The notes beneath the pieces were generated by a model. The model was not told the origin of the DNA, ran no database searches, and saw only the letters and a list, made by a program, of their open reading frames with translations. Made by a program: the position numbers and the translations under genes. DNA of 64,000 nucleotides from the NCBI GenBank assembly GCA_965153285.1, contig OZ229117.1; one strand, written 5' to 3'. The stretch is from Podarcis tiliguerta. Its lineage: Eukaryota. Numbering within the stretch: position 1 is the first letter of the stretch; the number at the start of each line of letters is the position of its first letter. Positions 24,823 through 39,500 of this stretch are shown here, in pieces.

Positions 24823-27800
24823 GCTCTCTCTTTCTCTCTGAGTCAGCTTGCTCAACATTTTCCTGGTTAGAAGTTGCCTTACTCTGTTGATCTAGTTCAG
24901 TATCATCTACACTGATTGACAGCAATTCTCCCTGCCCTGGAGATGCTGCCGAGGGCTGAATCTGGGGCTTTCTGCATGCAAAGCAGGTAACTCTGCCACT
25001 GAGCTAAGGCCCCTTTCCCATTGTTTTCTCTCACCCCTTTGCTAGGAGAAATGCTGTTTCCCCCAAAGAGGCAGAGGAGTAACAGCCCATGCCACGGGAA
25101 GGCAACACTGCTGAGTATGCCCCAACCTCTGGGGTAAGATGAGCAGAGGGTGACTGGGACTTACCTGGCTTATACTGGCAGGCCGGGGTTTCACTGGGAC
25201 TCTCTGCGCAGCCTGAATTCCCCTCACCTCCTTCCCCCGCGGAGACGTTCTCAGCACCGTTGCGAATGGGCTCCCCTTCCTGCTCACCATTCTCCTCCGC
25301 AGCTTTCGCTACCTTAAGGTCAGAGTGGGAGTCCCTCCTAGGGCAAGTCTTCTGGCTCATTGCCTCTTGATCAGATTCAAGTATCCTGTCACCTCCAGGT
25401 TCCACTTCTGCTTTAGGCTGAAACAGCAAGCAAGCCCCAAATCAGCGCCCTACTCTCTGCCAAGCACTCAATAAACAAAGCTCCGCTGCCTCTAATCTAA
25501 GGACTGGAAGGAAATGCCCCTTTCCTTAGCAATGCTGCTGCACACCTGATTGGAGCTGTGAGACTTCTCACTTGCCTAGATAGAGTGGCGTGTAGAATCC
25601 TGCATGACTGTACAAAGGGTGGGAGTTGCATCTACTGCCCTGCCTTCTTTTTTATGCCCCTGGCCCTGCCCTCCACTGGCCCCTGGAAGGCTGCCCACGA
25701 GGGAGAAAGGCTCTCAGCCTGAAAAAGGGAAATACTGGCCAAACAGAGATTATGGATTTTTTTTAAAAAAACACACACCAGGCATTCTCCAGTTTCTATC
25801 ATTTTGGAATAGTTTCCAAAGTACCGACACTGCTCTGTTGCTGTAAAGGGTCCAGAACAGCCCAAATGACTTTTTTAAAAATGATTTTGTTTTTCAATTG
25901 ACACCCCCCCCCACCAAATCAACACTTCCCCATCAGGACTGATTAAAAGCTCCACTAGTAAACAATACTGCAGCCTCTGCCAACCTGGTGCCCTCTGGAT
26001 TTCCTGGACTGCCAGTCCTAGCTGGCTAATGGGAGTCTGGTGAAGGTTGTAGCGCTCTTAACATTTCCCTCAACTTATCCCTCTCTACAAGGGCAGTCAC
26101 TCAAAATCAGAAACTAGGCAAATGTCTGGGGCTCCCTGGCTTAGTAGGTTCACCTCTAGGGCCAGAGAATCCCTTGAAACTTGGCAGCACGATGGCTCCT
26201 GAGCACCCCACCTCTCCGCTCTCCTGCCCACCTTACCTCGGGTTCGGCCTCCACCCCCTCCTCGGCGGCCTGGCTCCGCTCTTTTGGTTTGTTCCACATC
26301 TTTGGTGCAGTTGCAGCTGTTTGGGCTACAAGATAAAGTTGGACAGGTTATTTGCCAGATCCGGAGCCTGCTTGGAACGGAACAGCCTTGAGCACGGGCT
26401 CCCCTTTTCCAGTAAGCTTAAAACTATGGGGAGGGGAGAAACTTGCCTCAGCCTCACAGAAACAACCTGAAGACAAGGGGAAAGGGGTCACGTTGACAGC
26501 TGCCATTAGGAAAACAATTCAAGAGATTCTAGAGCTGCAAATGAACCAAGAGGTGACACTTCTGCCCCTCACTGAAGTTCCTCTGACTTCCTGACAATTT
26601 ACAGAAGCCTGGCCCTGGCCCTGTTGCCTCTTCCTTGGTCCAAAGCAAGACACAGCAATAGGCAGCTGTGGGGTGCAGTGGGGACACAAAGCTGCCTATG
26701 TAAGTCCTCTTGTATGACTCTTGGCTGAGACTTTGTAAATGAAACACTGAAAGCATCTGATTTTTGCAGTGTAATTTTAAATGCCCCTTGAAAAGATGCT
26801 TCATTGTGCTTCCAACCTGGAAGAGCAGATTCCCCCAATTATCTCTTTCTCTCATGCACACCCACACCAAATCAAAACACAGCCACAGTGCAGTTCCACA
26901 CCTCCAACACCAGAGGGCAAACACCAACAGGGCCTATATAGAGAGTGCAGATTCTTCTTTGCTTAATATTGTTTCTGTTGGCAACAAGAGCAGAAATAGG
27001 CCTGAGCACCTTAAAATGTGCCAAAGGGTTAGCAGTTTGTTAACAGCATCAGCTTGGAAGAGACGGTGGACCCAGAGAGCTGTGACAAAGCACGAGGGGA
27101 CAAAGAGCCTGGCCAGCTTTGACCCAAGGAAAAGAACTTAACCCTCAGTCCTGCTCTTCTTCCCCAGCGACTGCTATTTCGTGCGGATGGGGATTCTCAG
27201 AAGCCAGGTCTACCGACTAAAATGCATGGGGGTTCCTGGTCTACTCGCAGAAAACCACAGAGATTTTTGGTGGCCTGTTCTACCCACTGGTATTCAGAAG
27301 CAAGCGGCCTCTGAGCTGGAAGGAAGCACATAGCCACTGTGTCCTATTGGTGGTCTTATCCTTCCAGGAATGAGTGCAGCATTTCAGCTGGTGAATCTAC
27401 AAAGAGTTCACCACCTACTACCTCTGGAGGCTGGTGCAAAATGTGCTCCCCACACCGTGCCCTGCTACAACCACAAAGGGCTCAAACTCACTTCCCCCAG
27501 TTCAGAAAATGGTCAGGACTTTCTACAGAAACTACCGTATTTTTCGCTCTATAAGACGCACCAGATCATAAGACGCACCTAGTTTTTGGACGAGGAAAAC
27601 AAGAAAAAAAAATATTCTAAATCTCAGAAGCCAGAACAGCAAGAGGGATCGCTGTGCAGCGAAAGCAGCAATCTCTCTTGCTGTTCTGGCTTCTGGGATA
27701 GCTGCGCAGCCTGCATTCGCTCCATAAGACGCACACACATTTCTCCTTACTTTTTAGGAAGGAAAAAGTGAGTCTTATAGAGCAAAAAATACGGTAGTTA

Positions 27801-30800
27801 CTGGTGGACACACAAATGAACTGCATAACTGTGCAACAGGCAACTTTTCACCTACTCCTCAAAACAAGCCATAAAGCAAAAGTTATCCCCCGTCTGTGCA
27901 TTAAATTGTAATAGGCTTAATTACCCTAAACCTCCCTCCTTCCTTCTAATTGCACTATTTAAGCTTGATAGAAACAGAGGATAGCGGAGAGGAGCCTCCT
28001 TGTGCGGTGGCTTCTTTGTACGCCCGTAAATAGAGGCAATGAGGACTGATAAAGCAACACAGGATGCTTCTCAGCTGCACCTGACAGACCAACCCAAGAT
28101 ATTCTGGACTTTAGCAATTCAGAGCCAGCCTAAGTAGAAGTCATTAGAACCGCAGAACAGTCATTCATATGCCTGGAGTCATGGTTATTAAAACATTCCC
28201 AGATGCTTCTCTTTTTAACAACTGATGGCCATAAAGCCCAGCCAAGGTTCCTCTTAAGTGTTTCCTCTCTCCCTGCTCCCCCCAGAGTCCCCTTCAAGTT
28301 AACTGCAGAGTTCAGTAATGAATCCAGTGCTTCCTCCCACCTGGGGAGATGCCCAGAAGACAAACGCCACTGCTTAGAAATGCTAGTGGTGAACTGCCTT
28401 AAGCACATACCTGGGATTCTCCCACCGGGACAGGAACTGCAAATTCTGTGGCCACCCCACAAAGCAGCCCACGGCTTCCCTTTCCACTAGCACTGGCCGC
28501 CAATGACCAAGGACGAAAGGATCGCAGGGAGGTCCGAGGGATGAAACTTAAGGCTTGACCGGAGCACAGCCTGTTGCCATGTCATAATGCGATGGCAGAA
28601 GACTATGACATACTGCCCTGTCAGGCAAGGCTCAGGAGGAACCCTGGGAGGGGTGTGTGCAAGTCCAGGCCATGCCCACATGAGGCACCCCATGGCACTG
28701 GGTGAGGGGGGGAGGAGCTACCATCTATTTCCATCTGTCGTGGCAGCAGCCCCCATGTTTGCAGAGGAGGAAGGAATGGCATCAGACTTCAGACAATGGC
28801 AGCTGGGTGCGAAGAGCCATTTCAGAGACTGAGACCCCCAAGTCATGTCCTGGTGCTGTCAGCATCTCTGCTGGCAAGGAGGCTCCGCTGCCAAACCAAG
28901 TCCTTTGCAGCATTACAGCAGCTGGCTTCCCTACTTTCCATTGCAGCGCATGCCCACGCAGGGAGCTGCAACACAGATGAGAGGGAAAGCTTTGCAATCT
29001 TCCCCAGATCAAGAGAGTGATTAAGAGACGTGCTTGTGAAGGGCCCAAGTCTGAAAGGACAACAATCCAAGCACACCTTCTAAGGCACCCAAGCACCCTG
29101 GAGAGGCAGCTTCCAGCTCACACAAAATATTGGTGAGAAGCAGGAAGAAGCAGGTGCTACACTGACACAAGAAAAAAAGAGGGGCTTTTCCTACTTCCCA
29201 TCTAAACTCCACACCCCCTATGCTGCTGCTGGCTGACTTTCCTCAAATCCTCACAAGCCACCAACATCCCATAATTGGCTTTTATGGGGGGGGGGGGAGA
29301 GAAGGAAGGAAAAGAGAAATTATTTTGGCAAAGCTGTGCAACTAGAGAAAATTAAAAGAAAACTACCTCAAACTGGGGCGATGATCTCTTTGATAAGAAA
29401 TGCAATTCAAATACCATACATATTTCTCAGAGACACAGTGAAACTTTTAACATTAAAGAGTGTTGGCAAGTAATCTCACAAATCATTTGTGAGCACCTCT
29501 GGGGACTGCTTGGGTTTCTTTTTATGCAAAAGGAAAGGGAACAGTGCAAAGGTAAAAAGCCCAATCCTAAAGATGTAGGATAAAAAGGTAAAGGTACCCC
29601 TGCCCGTACGGGCCAGTCTTGACAGACTCTAGGGTTGTGCGCCCATCTCACTCAAGAGGCCGGGGGCCAGCACTGTCCGGAGACACTTCCGGGTCACGTG
29701 GCCAGCGTGACATCACTGCTCTGGCGAGCCAGAGCCGCACACGGTAACGCCGTTTACCTTCCCGCTAGTAAGCGGTCCCTATTTATCTACTTGCACCCGG
29801 GAGTGCTTTCGAACTGCTAGGTTGGCAGGCGCTGGGACCGAACAACGGGAGCGCACCCCGCCGCGGGGATTCGAACCACCGACCTTTCGATCGGCAAGCC
29901 CTAGGCGCTGAGGCTTTTACCCACAGCGCCACCCGCGTCCCCAAAAAGATGTAGGATAAAAATAACTTAATAATGAATAACCTGGGAAGTGATTCTGAGC
30001 TGGAAAAGAAGGTGGGTTTTGTGAATTATTTTTTTTATGAGAGAGAGAGAGAAGCAGCAAAATGCCAGGCATCTGAACCATCCCAAGTCTGCCACCCACC
30101 CACCAATGCAGCTCTCCCTAAATGGTTGTTCTGCCTGCTTTCTGCTATATAAAGCAGGAAGCATAAAAACAAACCACTTTCACAGGCTGTTTCTCGCTTT
30201 TGCTCATCATACCGCAGAAGCCCTCTTCATTGTGGGGAAGGAAACAAGCCTACCCCGTCCCCATCAGTCCCTGTCTCCCCTTCAGGATTTGAAAAAAAAA
30301 CCTAAGGAACTGGGCAAATTTCCCACCCATCCGGCCTCCTCTGGGCCTACTTAGCTGCCCTCTGAAATACACATCTCTAGATCCTTTTCCAAGTTGCAAC
30401 CGAACAAGAGAAAGCACACACACACACATGGAGTTGAGGCAACTGATCCTATTTCCCCTGTGCAGCCAACCCCACCCCCACAACCCCGCAAAGCTGTCCA
30501 GGCTCTGAATAAACTGTACCACAGACTTTAAAGGAGTTGGGAGAGACCACTGTGACTCCGTGAGGACACTCACCTGCTCCGGGGCCCTTCTTTGAATTCA
30601 AGCCCTGAGAGTCTGCATTGTCCTCCGGTTGTCCGTCTACCTCCACCTCTTCTTTCTCCAGATTTTCCTGGGTGTCTTCGCCAAGGGTAGTTCTTGTGGC
30701 CTCCTCTCCTTCTAAATCCCCCTGAAGAGCAGGGAGGGCACCAGGTAGTGGGAGAGGAGAAGCAGATGGTGGCGGAGGAAGAGGGCTCATCGCTCTAACA

Positions 30801-33800
30801 GCAGCAGCGGCAGAAACGGGAGGAGGGCTGGGAGGAGGAGATGGAGGCAGAGACGGAACAGCAGGAAGAGCGACGGAAGCTGGAAGTGGCACGCTTTCTG
30901 CCTCGTCCAGAGGTGCCTCTGGGCTCTCCAGATCCACAGCCAAGGGTCCAGCTGCCTCTGGTTGATCTGGTTCCAAGATGCCATCAGTCACTGTGACCCT
31001 TTCACTAACTCCGTTCAGTTCAGTAATTAGATTAGTACTAGCAGTCACTTGGAGGTCGTTGGGGACTATTCTAGGGGGCTCCCTGCCTATATCCGCGCTG
31101 GCGTCATCTGTTGGGGGGCAGACGGGCACTTCCAAGCAGGGCACAGCACTGTGAAGAGGTGCGGCTTCCTGTTTCGAGGAAGCAAGTTCACATCCATCCT
31201 CTGAGTCTGGTGCAAACGTTGATTTAGGAGGCAGAGGAGTGGCGGCGGCAGCAATGACCACCGCAGGGGTGGGCAAAGCCGTGAGAGGAAGCTCTGTTGA
31301 GGTCTCGGAGGAGGAGGTGGTCGGGGTCTCTGCTGTCAGGCCCATTTGATCTTTCCTCTCTCCACTAGGCTCTGGTCTGAGGGCAGGGGAAGGAGATTTT
31401 AATACTGGATCTGCTTTAGGCTTCTCTTCTGGGGGGAAAAAATGGAAGAGTTAGAAAGGGCCATTTAACTCGTCAAATCAGAATGAATTTGCATCAATTA
31501 TCCACGCACTCCCACTTTGCAAGAGGAACTGCAGAAACCCCCACGCACCTCCCTGCCCAGAGTCCTCAATTCTCAGCCCAGAGGTTACTGAAGGAAGAAA
31601 TGAGGATTAAGCAAGCAATGTGCTGCTCTTTTCTGTCAAGTTTGCTTGCCACCCATTCTGCAATACAAAAGGAGTCTGAGCCACCAAACCCTAGCTGTTC
31701 TCTTTGGTGGTTCCTAATAGGGCAGTTTGGAGGGGACTTTTTGGGGCTACAAAGGGCTCCCATGCGCAAGCAGTATAGATGTGAAAAAAGTGAACTACGG
31801 GCCCTTTTGTGGATTTCTTTGCCAAGGTTGCTTCAACGATGCTGATGAACAACATGGATGTGCATTTACAGGATAAATCAAAAGACAATGTCTCAAGTCC
31901 TGAGAACTATGTTGGAGCTCCCTCCGCCCCACAGCATTCGTTTTTCACCCTAAAGAGTCTTGTTATGTGCATGAGGGGTGGAGATGCAAGATGTACAATG
32001 GGAATCTTGGGATGCAAGCCCAATTCAGCAGCCAATGCAACGAGTGGAGCGCATGCATCACCCCCAACCCCCACAAGCTAGGCTGAGCCTGGTGTCTCCT
32101 GTCACTACTGTCAAGGGACCAACTGAACTTCCCCCTTTGGACTTGGTGCCTTTCTAAACTCACAGTCAAGAGGGCCAGTCGCTATTTGCAAAAAAGGTTT
32201 TGCCACTAATATCTGAAACCCAACTGTCTTGCACAAGTCAGTAAATAAGGGACTGAACCCTGGAAGGCCACCTCTGCTATAGGGTCACCAAAGACAATGG
32301 CAGCAACTGAGGGGATTGGTTCAAGGGCACTGAAGCACCAATAGGAAAGAAGAGGACTAGTTTTGTGGGAGTCGCAAGGCTGAGAAATCTTCTGGCTGCC
32401 ATTTTCTCAAAGCTTTTGCAGCCAGCCTCTGACTTTCAGATCAGCTATCATGAACTGACTGAATGCAACATCTTCATTTTTTATTTTTTGCCTTTGGCAA
32501 AAGCAGAATGTGGCTCACTCCCAGTAACTACAGTCTCTCACATGAGGTCTGGACGTCAAGATTTTCCAGAGGGGCTCTTCTTTCTGTCCTGTGAACACCC
32601 AAAGGACATGTGGTGGGCTCCTAATTGGGGAGCCCCTTCAGCGTCTGCTCCCAATGTCTAGAGCTCCCATATCAAGGGGAGTCTATATAATCCCCTCTGA
32701 CTGCAAGAAAATACAGGTAGACCACACCTTAGGCTGATTTCACTTTCTTGATCATACCTTACATGGATCATTGAATTTTTTAAGAAATAAAAAGGGGCAG
32801 AAGAGCAAGAAAAAACCCCTGGAAGCCTTGTCCAAGATCTCATGAGCACCCTTGCAAGACCTTTATACAACTTAGTGAGAATGATGAGGTGTCTTACATG
32901 GAGGGGCGGGGCAAGGCCTGCTCAGCACTGCTTTTGGACAGGTAGGGATGTTCTTGCAGGACCATTCCAGAGGCTGTTCTAGTTTTACATGCTTTTGCCT
33001 TTGCACGTGACAGCCAGGATCATAACCCCGACGTAATGTGAGATGCACCTGTGCATTTTTATCCTGACAGGTGTTTGACCCCAGTACCTATAAATTGTTT
33101 AAATTTATTCTAGTGCCAGTGGTATTTAATTAATTCTATAGAAGTGATTTTACCTGCCTTGTTTATTGCCATTATTATTATTATCCAATGTTAACTGCCT
33201 GGGGCCCCAGATGGGTAATGTATTACCTGCTCCACTCCCTGCCCAGAGTCTTACCCCAAGGTGACCCTGCATATCCCAGAAGGAGGAGTTACAACCCAAA
33301 GCCCCATTGTACAGCTGGGGGAACTCAAGAAATGTGCAAGGTGTTCAAAGAGCAGGTTTAATTTCTAATCTTGACATCTACAAGCACAGACTGTTTCATG
33401 GATACATCAAGTCTCAACAAGGCTCTTAGATATATTCTAAGTTATATTGCAAAAACAGAAGTAAAGACGTGTATTTTAAGAGCACTTACTGTTGCAATGT
33501 TTTTATAACAACCAGAAAGAGAACAAGCGACAGCCCACCCATGCATAATTATAAACAGCGAAACGAATATTAAATTAACACCATCATTATTAAATTAAGA
33601 GCAACAACTATGAATGCCTGTCAGCCCAGGCAGCCCTACAAACATCCCCCCCCCCACCAGACTCTTTCCTACTTGGCCAAGAGTCATAGCAGCTGCAGTG
33701 ACTCAGAACCCTGCCAGCAATGCCCCTAAAATGTATCATTCCCCCAATGTCTTCTCCATCAGCCACCCCACAGAATACCAACAACCTCAGCTACACCTGC

Positions 33801-36554
33801 CTCCCTCCTCAATGGGGAACCCTAAGGAGTGCAGCTGGGTCCCTCTAAGCACTCAGCAGAGCAGCAACTGGGCAGCCACTCCAACCTGGCAGTTGCTGCC
33901 CTCCTTCCAGGTTCAGAGTGGCTGTGCTGGGTCACAACAGAACTGGTCAGAACTGTGACCACGACCGCTCGCTGCTGCAGCCACCTACGTCAACCACCCC
34001 TGCGGAGGTGTTGGCAGCAAAGAAGCACTTGGTTCTATTGAGCATTCAGTGGGGAGCAAGTGTGAAAGGAGCTGCTCAACGGGCCAGCAGTCAAGCTGCG
34101 GGGGGTAACTGATGGCTCTAGGGTGCCAAAGAAGGGGCTTCCTTGTCACAAAGAATTTACAGCTCATTTAAGCACTAGCTTGAGACTGCCTTTGCCAACC
34201 TGGTGCCTTCCAGATGTTGTGCTCCTATCGGCGATAGGTCATTCATGACACATTTCCCCCCTAGTCTGCCTTGGCCAAAATTCAGAAAACTTGTTAACTT
34301 CATGTGTTTTTGCCCAACAGGCTGCTTGTGAAAGCGCTACAGAAACCAGCAAGGTGGGTCAATGTTATCATCACCACCAACTTGCAGATGGGAAGCTGAA
34401 AGGTGGCGCTTTCCACAAGGTCAGAAATGATTCAGTGTTCAGGCTCACAGATTCACCAGCTCTCGAGGCTCCTCTCAGAGAGAGGGAGAGCACCTCTCAA
34501 AACTGGGACAAAGAGATCCGTCCACCCACCTTGCTTCAGGTCGCTTGTCACAGCGATGGGGGTGCTGGCAGCGAGGTGAGAGCTCTCCATGGCCCCGAAC
34601 GCCACAGGGCTGTGCTCGGGGACCTGGCTGGGCAGCTGCTGGGATTTGAAGTACAAAAAAGGGTGATAATGAGCATGCGAACATAAAAACTAGCAACATG
34701 GAACACAAGCGAGCAAGAGGGGCAGAAAACCCAGTTGGGTTGGAAAGGAAAAAAAGGCAAGAAAAGGAAGAAATAAGATATACGGTCATAAAAAAAAAAA
34801 AAGCGCATGGGGAGGGAGGGAGAAAAGCAGCAGGAGGAGAAAGACAAATTACTATTCACAGCAGCGAGAAGGGAGAAGGCACAACCAGTTATCTGGACAC
34901 CCCCCATGCCATGGAATTTGGGGGGAAAGCATGCCTCTCCCCTATGCAACTATTTAAAAGTTGCCACAATTCAACTGAAAGCCTTTCAAAGCACTTTGTT
35001 AAAAAAAGAAGAAGTGTTGAATAACAATAAACTGAGAGGAGCTACAATTGGGGCATGTTCCACAACCCAAGTCCTGGAGACCCTCCCGCCTGAAACAGCC
35101 AAGGTCCTTCTCCAACTTTCCTTGCCCTCAGAAGCTGGCTCATCTCTGGCAAGAAGTTTTCCAAGGACGACTGGCTTTGCCTTGCAGCTGATGAGCAGGA
35201 GAGGGTGAGGGCAAGAAGCGCCACCGGGATACAGACGCTGCGCAAGGAGGCTACAGCAGAGAATGAGTGCCAGCCTCCTACCACCATGTGTCCGTCCCCA
35301 CGCAGTTACCTGGGGTGGGGTGGGCGTGGACGAGGGCCTGACCGTGGGAGGTGTGGGGTTGCGGCTTCCTCCACCAGACATGATCTCTTCCGTTATGTCT
35401 TTGCCCCCTTGGTTGGGGTCTCGGATGCGGATCTGGAAAGGATGGAACGAAGCACCCGCTCAAATCACCTCCCCAAAAAAGTGGCTTGGCTGGGGGGTCC
35501 AACCTCATGCTGTGAGGGGAGCATGACACTTGCAACTCACGGTTCAGAGGGCCGCACCAAGGGCCACAGCAGCACATGGTGGAAGGAAACCCCACCCCAA
35601 GAGGTGCCCCTTTTATAATGTTACACCCCCACCCCCAAAGGTACCCCCATTATAACGCCCACTAAGGTGTTGCCAAGAGGTATTTCCCCCCCCCCCCGAA
35701 AAGCTTTCTAAGTGGCTGAGGTCTCCACAATGGGTGTTTCTTTTTAGGGTTTTCCCATTCGTTTGCTGCTATTTTAAACTGTTTTGATTATATTGCATAT
35801 ATCACCTTAAAACACATAGGAGGAAGGGGAGTAAATAACAACAAAGGCTTTAAACAGAACACCTGTGAGAGAGACTCCTCCCATGGCGAGGGGAGTGTCA
35901 ACCTCCCCAGTTTCCAGCTTCTCCCTTCAACCCACAGGGCTCAGCATTCAGCTGCAGAGCTCTCTTACCGTTTTCTTCTCCCGCTTGGCTGGTGGGATTG
36001 GCTGCTGCTGCTGCGTAGGCACTATGATGGGTGTGGACTGATACACCGGGGGAGTTGGGTAGAAAGGTGCCCCTGCGGTGGGTAAAGGGGGACAAGGAGA
36101 ATCTTAGGCTCACTCCTTTGGCTGCCTGCCTGTGGCAAAGTGCTCAAAGCCACGTCCCTTCACCCAGGATGAGCTACCTCAAAGTGTGACTCCTAGTTTT
36201 CCTCTTTCAAGGTCAGGGAAATGAGGGGCCACTTGCTCCCTCTGCTTGGGAGGGCCCCCCCCCCAGGCTTGCATATGTGTGTGTATATCACAGCAGCTTA
36301 CTACAATGAAAAGCCATAAAGTAAAACCATAAAAAAATAAAAACAAGCATTATTAGACCACTGTGGAAGGATGTACTCTTAACTGCCTGCACAGGCCTAG
36401 TGGAACAGAAGAGTTTTCAGTAGGCATTTAAAAGTTGGCACAGAAGGCGCCGCTGAATCTCCAGTGGCAATGAGTTCCATAGGAATGGGCCAATGGCACG
36501 ACAGGCTCAGTTTCTTTCCTGGAGGAACAAAGCCACCTCCTCAACCTCTGCATG

Positions 36555-36588
<34 letters not shown>

Positions 36589-39500
36589 CACACACACACA
36601 AAATTGCCGCCAGAGCCAATAAAGCCAAGTGCACCCTCTACTCCTAAGAAAGTAAAGACCTCAGAGTCTCCTATTTGCCAAAGGTTCTAAGCAAAGTGGT
36701 GAACATGCCCCAATTTCACAAGAAAGCTGGGCAGACTCCAGCTTCCAGAGATTTTCAACCCCCAATCAATCCACTCCCATACCTCTTTTTTTAAAACACC
36801 ATTTTACGCCTTCTGATGGCAAGGCTGGCTCTGACCTCAGCTGCCAAAGGAAGATCTCCAAGCAAGCTCTCCAGCAGTTAAGTGCTTTGGTTGTCCTTGC
36901 CTAACTCTCTTCCTGCCCCCTCTGCCCCAGGATGACCAGAGCGCACCAATAAGGCAATGCAGCCAAAGTGACAGAATTCATTCATCAAAATTAAAGAGGA
37001 AAATCTACTCAAGTCACAATTTAGACCTGCAACTTACATGTGATTTATTTGCACAACTGCAGCTTTGTGCAGATGGCAGGAAAATAAACAAACTGGAGGG
37101 GGCAGCCAGCCATGAGGGGTCATACAAGATCTCATGCAACCTTCCCAGATCTTGATAAGCAAGGTGAAGGCTCTGGGAAGGCTGCGCAACACCTCTGGAA
37201 GACTGTGTGAGACTCCAGCAAGATCTCACAGAAGCTCCCCCGCCTCTTCCAGAGGCCTCGCATGACCTTCCCAGAGCCCAGTAAGACAGGGACAGTTAAA
37301 CGGGGGTGATTCTGGGGTTTTTCCTGGCTTTGCATGATTTTGCATTTGCATGTGAACCCCTGGAATGTAACCTGCAGGCCTACATTTTAACACAGAGAAG
37401 CCAAAATGGGAATGCTACAGTGCTGAAGGTGTGGAATACGAACACAGGAAGCCTGGTTTGCATAAAGGTCAGTCTACAGGGTGAAAGAACCATATCAAAT
37501 GGCCCTTGCTCTGCTACCCATCCCCCTTCAAAGGAAACCTCTTCTTACCATAGGCGTTGGGGAACTCTCCGGGTCCCGGTCCTGGGTAAAATGGTCCAGG
37601 CCCTGGCGGCTGAACGGGATATTGTTGTGGGGGGCCCACATACGGAGGGCCGCTATGACGATACTGAAACAGAAATGGCACAAGAGGCTCAGAAAATGGT
37701 GCAAGGCGCTTTATGAGCAGGAAAAGCTATCCTGCTAACTTATTAATGATGCCGTTAATGCAGTTCCCCACTCGGCCCTGCAAATGCCAACTCTTGGCCT
37801 CATGGCAAGTGCTGGGCAGTTTGGCGCCCACTTCCTGACCTGCTGGTCCCTTGGCAGCAGGGACTAAGTCCACAATCAATACAATTCCAGACTACTTACT
37901 GGCCTCTCTTCCCACACCAGGCAGAGCAAAGAGGGAAAAGATGCAGCAGTGGAGGGCAATACAAAGGGCGCAGCCACCTACCTCACAGGGTTGTTGTGAA
38001 GACTTAAAAAGGGGGAGACTGAACATCATGGGTTGTATCCAACAGTAGGCCTGCTCAGAGGAGATCCATTGGAATCAACAGACTTGGTTAACCTAGGTGT
38101 GTTCATTTTGATGGGTCTACTCTGAGTAAAACTTAGCTGGATACAGTCCCATGCGATGCTGCTCTGAACACCTTTGAGGAATGCTGGGAGCTAAAAAAGC
38201 AATAAATAAATAAAACAAATATACTGAAGATTCCAAAATTCCAGGGGAAGGGTCTCAGCAAAGTGGCAGAGCCCCTGCTTGGCATGCAGAAGGCCCCCAG
38301 GTTTGATCCCTGGCAGCATTTTCACATAGGGCTGGGAAAAGACCCCTTCTCCTGAAACCTCAGGGGCCATTGCTGCCAGTCAGTGTAGACAATACTGAGC
38401 TAGGTGGGCCAATGGCCTGGGTAAGGCAGGTGCCTGCATATCAAGTGCAAGAGATTCCTCCCAGACCTGCCCCGATTCCCCTTTTCCACCCAAGGACTGA
38501 AAACTCAGGGGAAGGAGGGAAACGGAAGCACACCTGTGCTGTGGATTTAACTTGCACCCAGCTGAGTCACAGGAGGGCTGACATTGAACACAACCTGCAG
38601 GCAGCTGCAGATACATCGTCACCACCAGCCGAATTAAAGAACAGGAGCACTTACATGCCTCCCTCCCTGACTTGCCATACCTGCCATTAATGGCAAAACT
38701 TTACAGTCAACTCGCAACTTGCGCCGCGGTTCCTTTCTGGGGATGTCACATAAAACCAAAATTGCTTATAGTCCAAACAACCCTGGAAACACCCTGGCAT
38801 GAGCATCGCTACCTTGCTGAAATGCCAGTGCATTGTGTGGGTCTTGCCCTCCCCATGCAAGGCAGAGAGCTTTTAAGCTCTCTCACTTGCTTACCAGGGA
38901 CTGGGAAGCTTCTCACACAGGCTTAATGAGTTCTTCACCTTGCGTAGGTTTAATTTGTGCCCTGTTAGCTGGCTGGGTGCCAAGCCTGTGAAGCTGCGAT
39001 TGTGCAGGTTAAGATGCAAGTCAACTGTATCATTTTAAGGGTGCTGTGACCTTACCTGTGGTATACAGTACTGGGGGCCCTGAGGCATTGGATACGGCAT
39101 AGGAAGGTGGTTCACCATCATGATGTGCTGATTGGTCTGATAGACAGCGGTTGGCGTCTGTGCACCAGGACGGATGGAAGGGCTGCTATTCTGGATCGTT
39201 GCTCTGGGAGGCTGGATTTGAGGCCTCTGGAAAAACTGGAGGAGGGAAGCAAGGAGCCCCATATTTTAGCCGGCCATCTCCTGGAAGAGCAGTGCGCCGC
39301 ACTCATGGTGCTTTCGCCATGCACCTGATCAACAACTAGCTGGCCCTCTCTGGCCAAGGGTCTTCTGCCTCGGAAGCCCACTCGCCCCACGTGCAACGCA
39401 GGTGGGCGGGGAAAAGTGATGAGTCTGACCAGGATAGTCTTTGCATCTAACGAGTCCTGCCCTGGGAGTGAGGGGGCAGGGCAGGAATGGTGATGGGTGT

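Noticed and set aside
30449-31345. 298-aa ORF as a standalone gene
   Set aside because: It is the large internal EIF4G3 exon, bounded by splice sites at 31428 and 30574.
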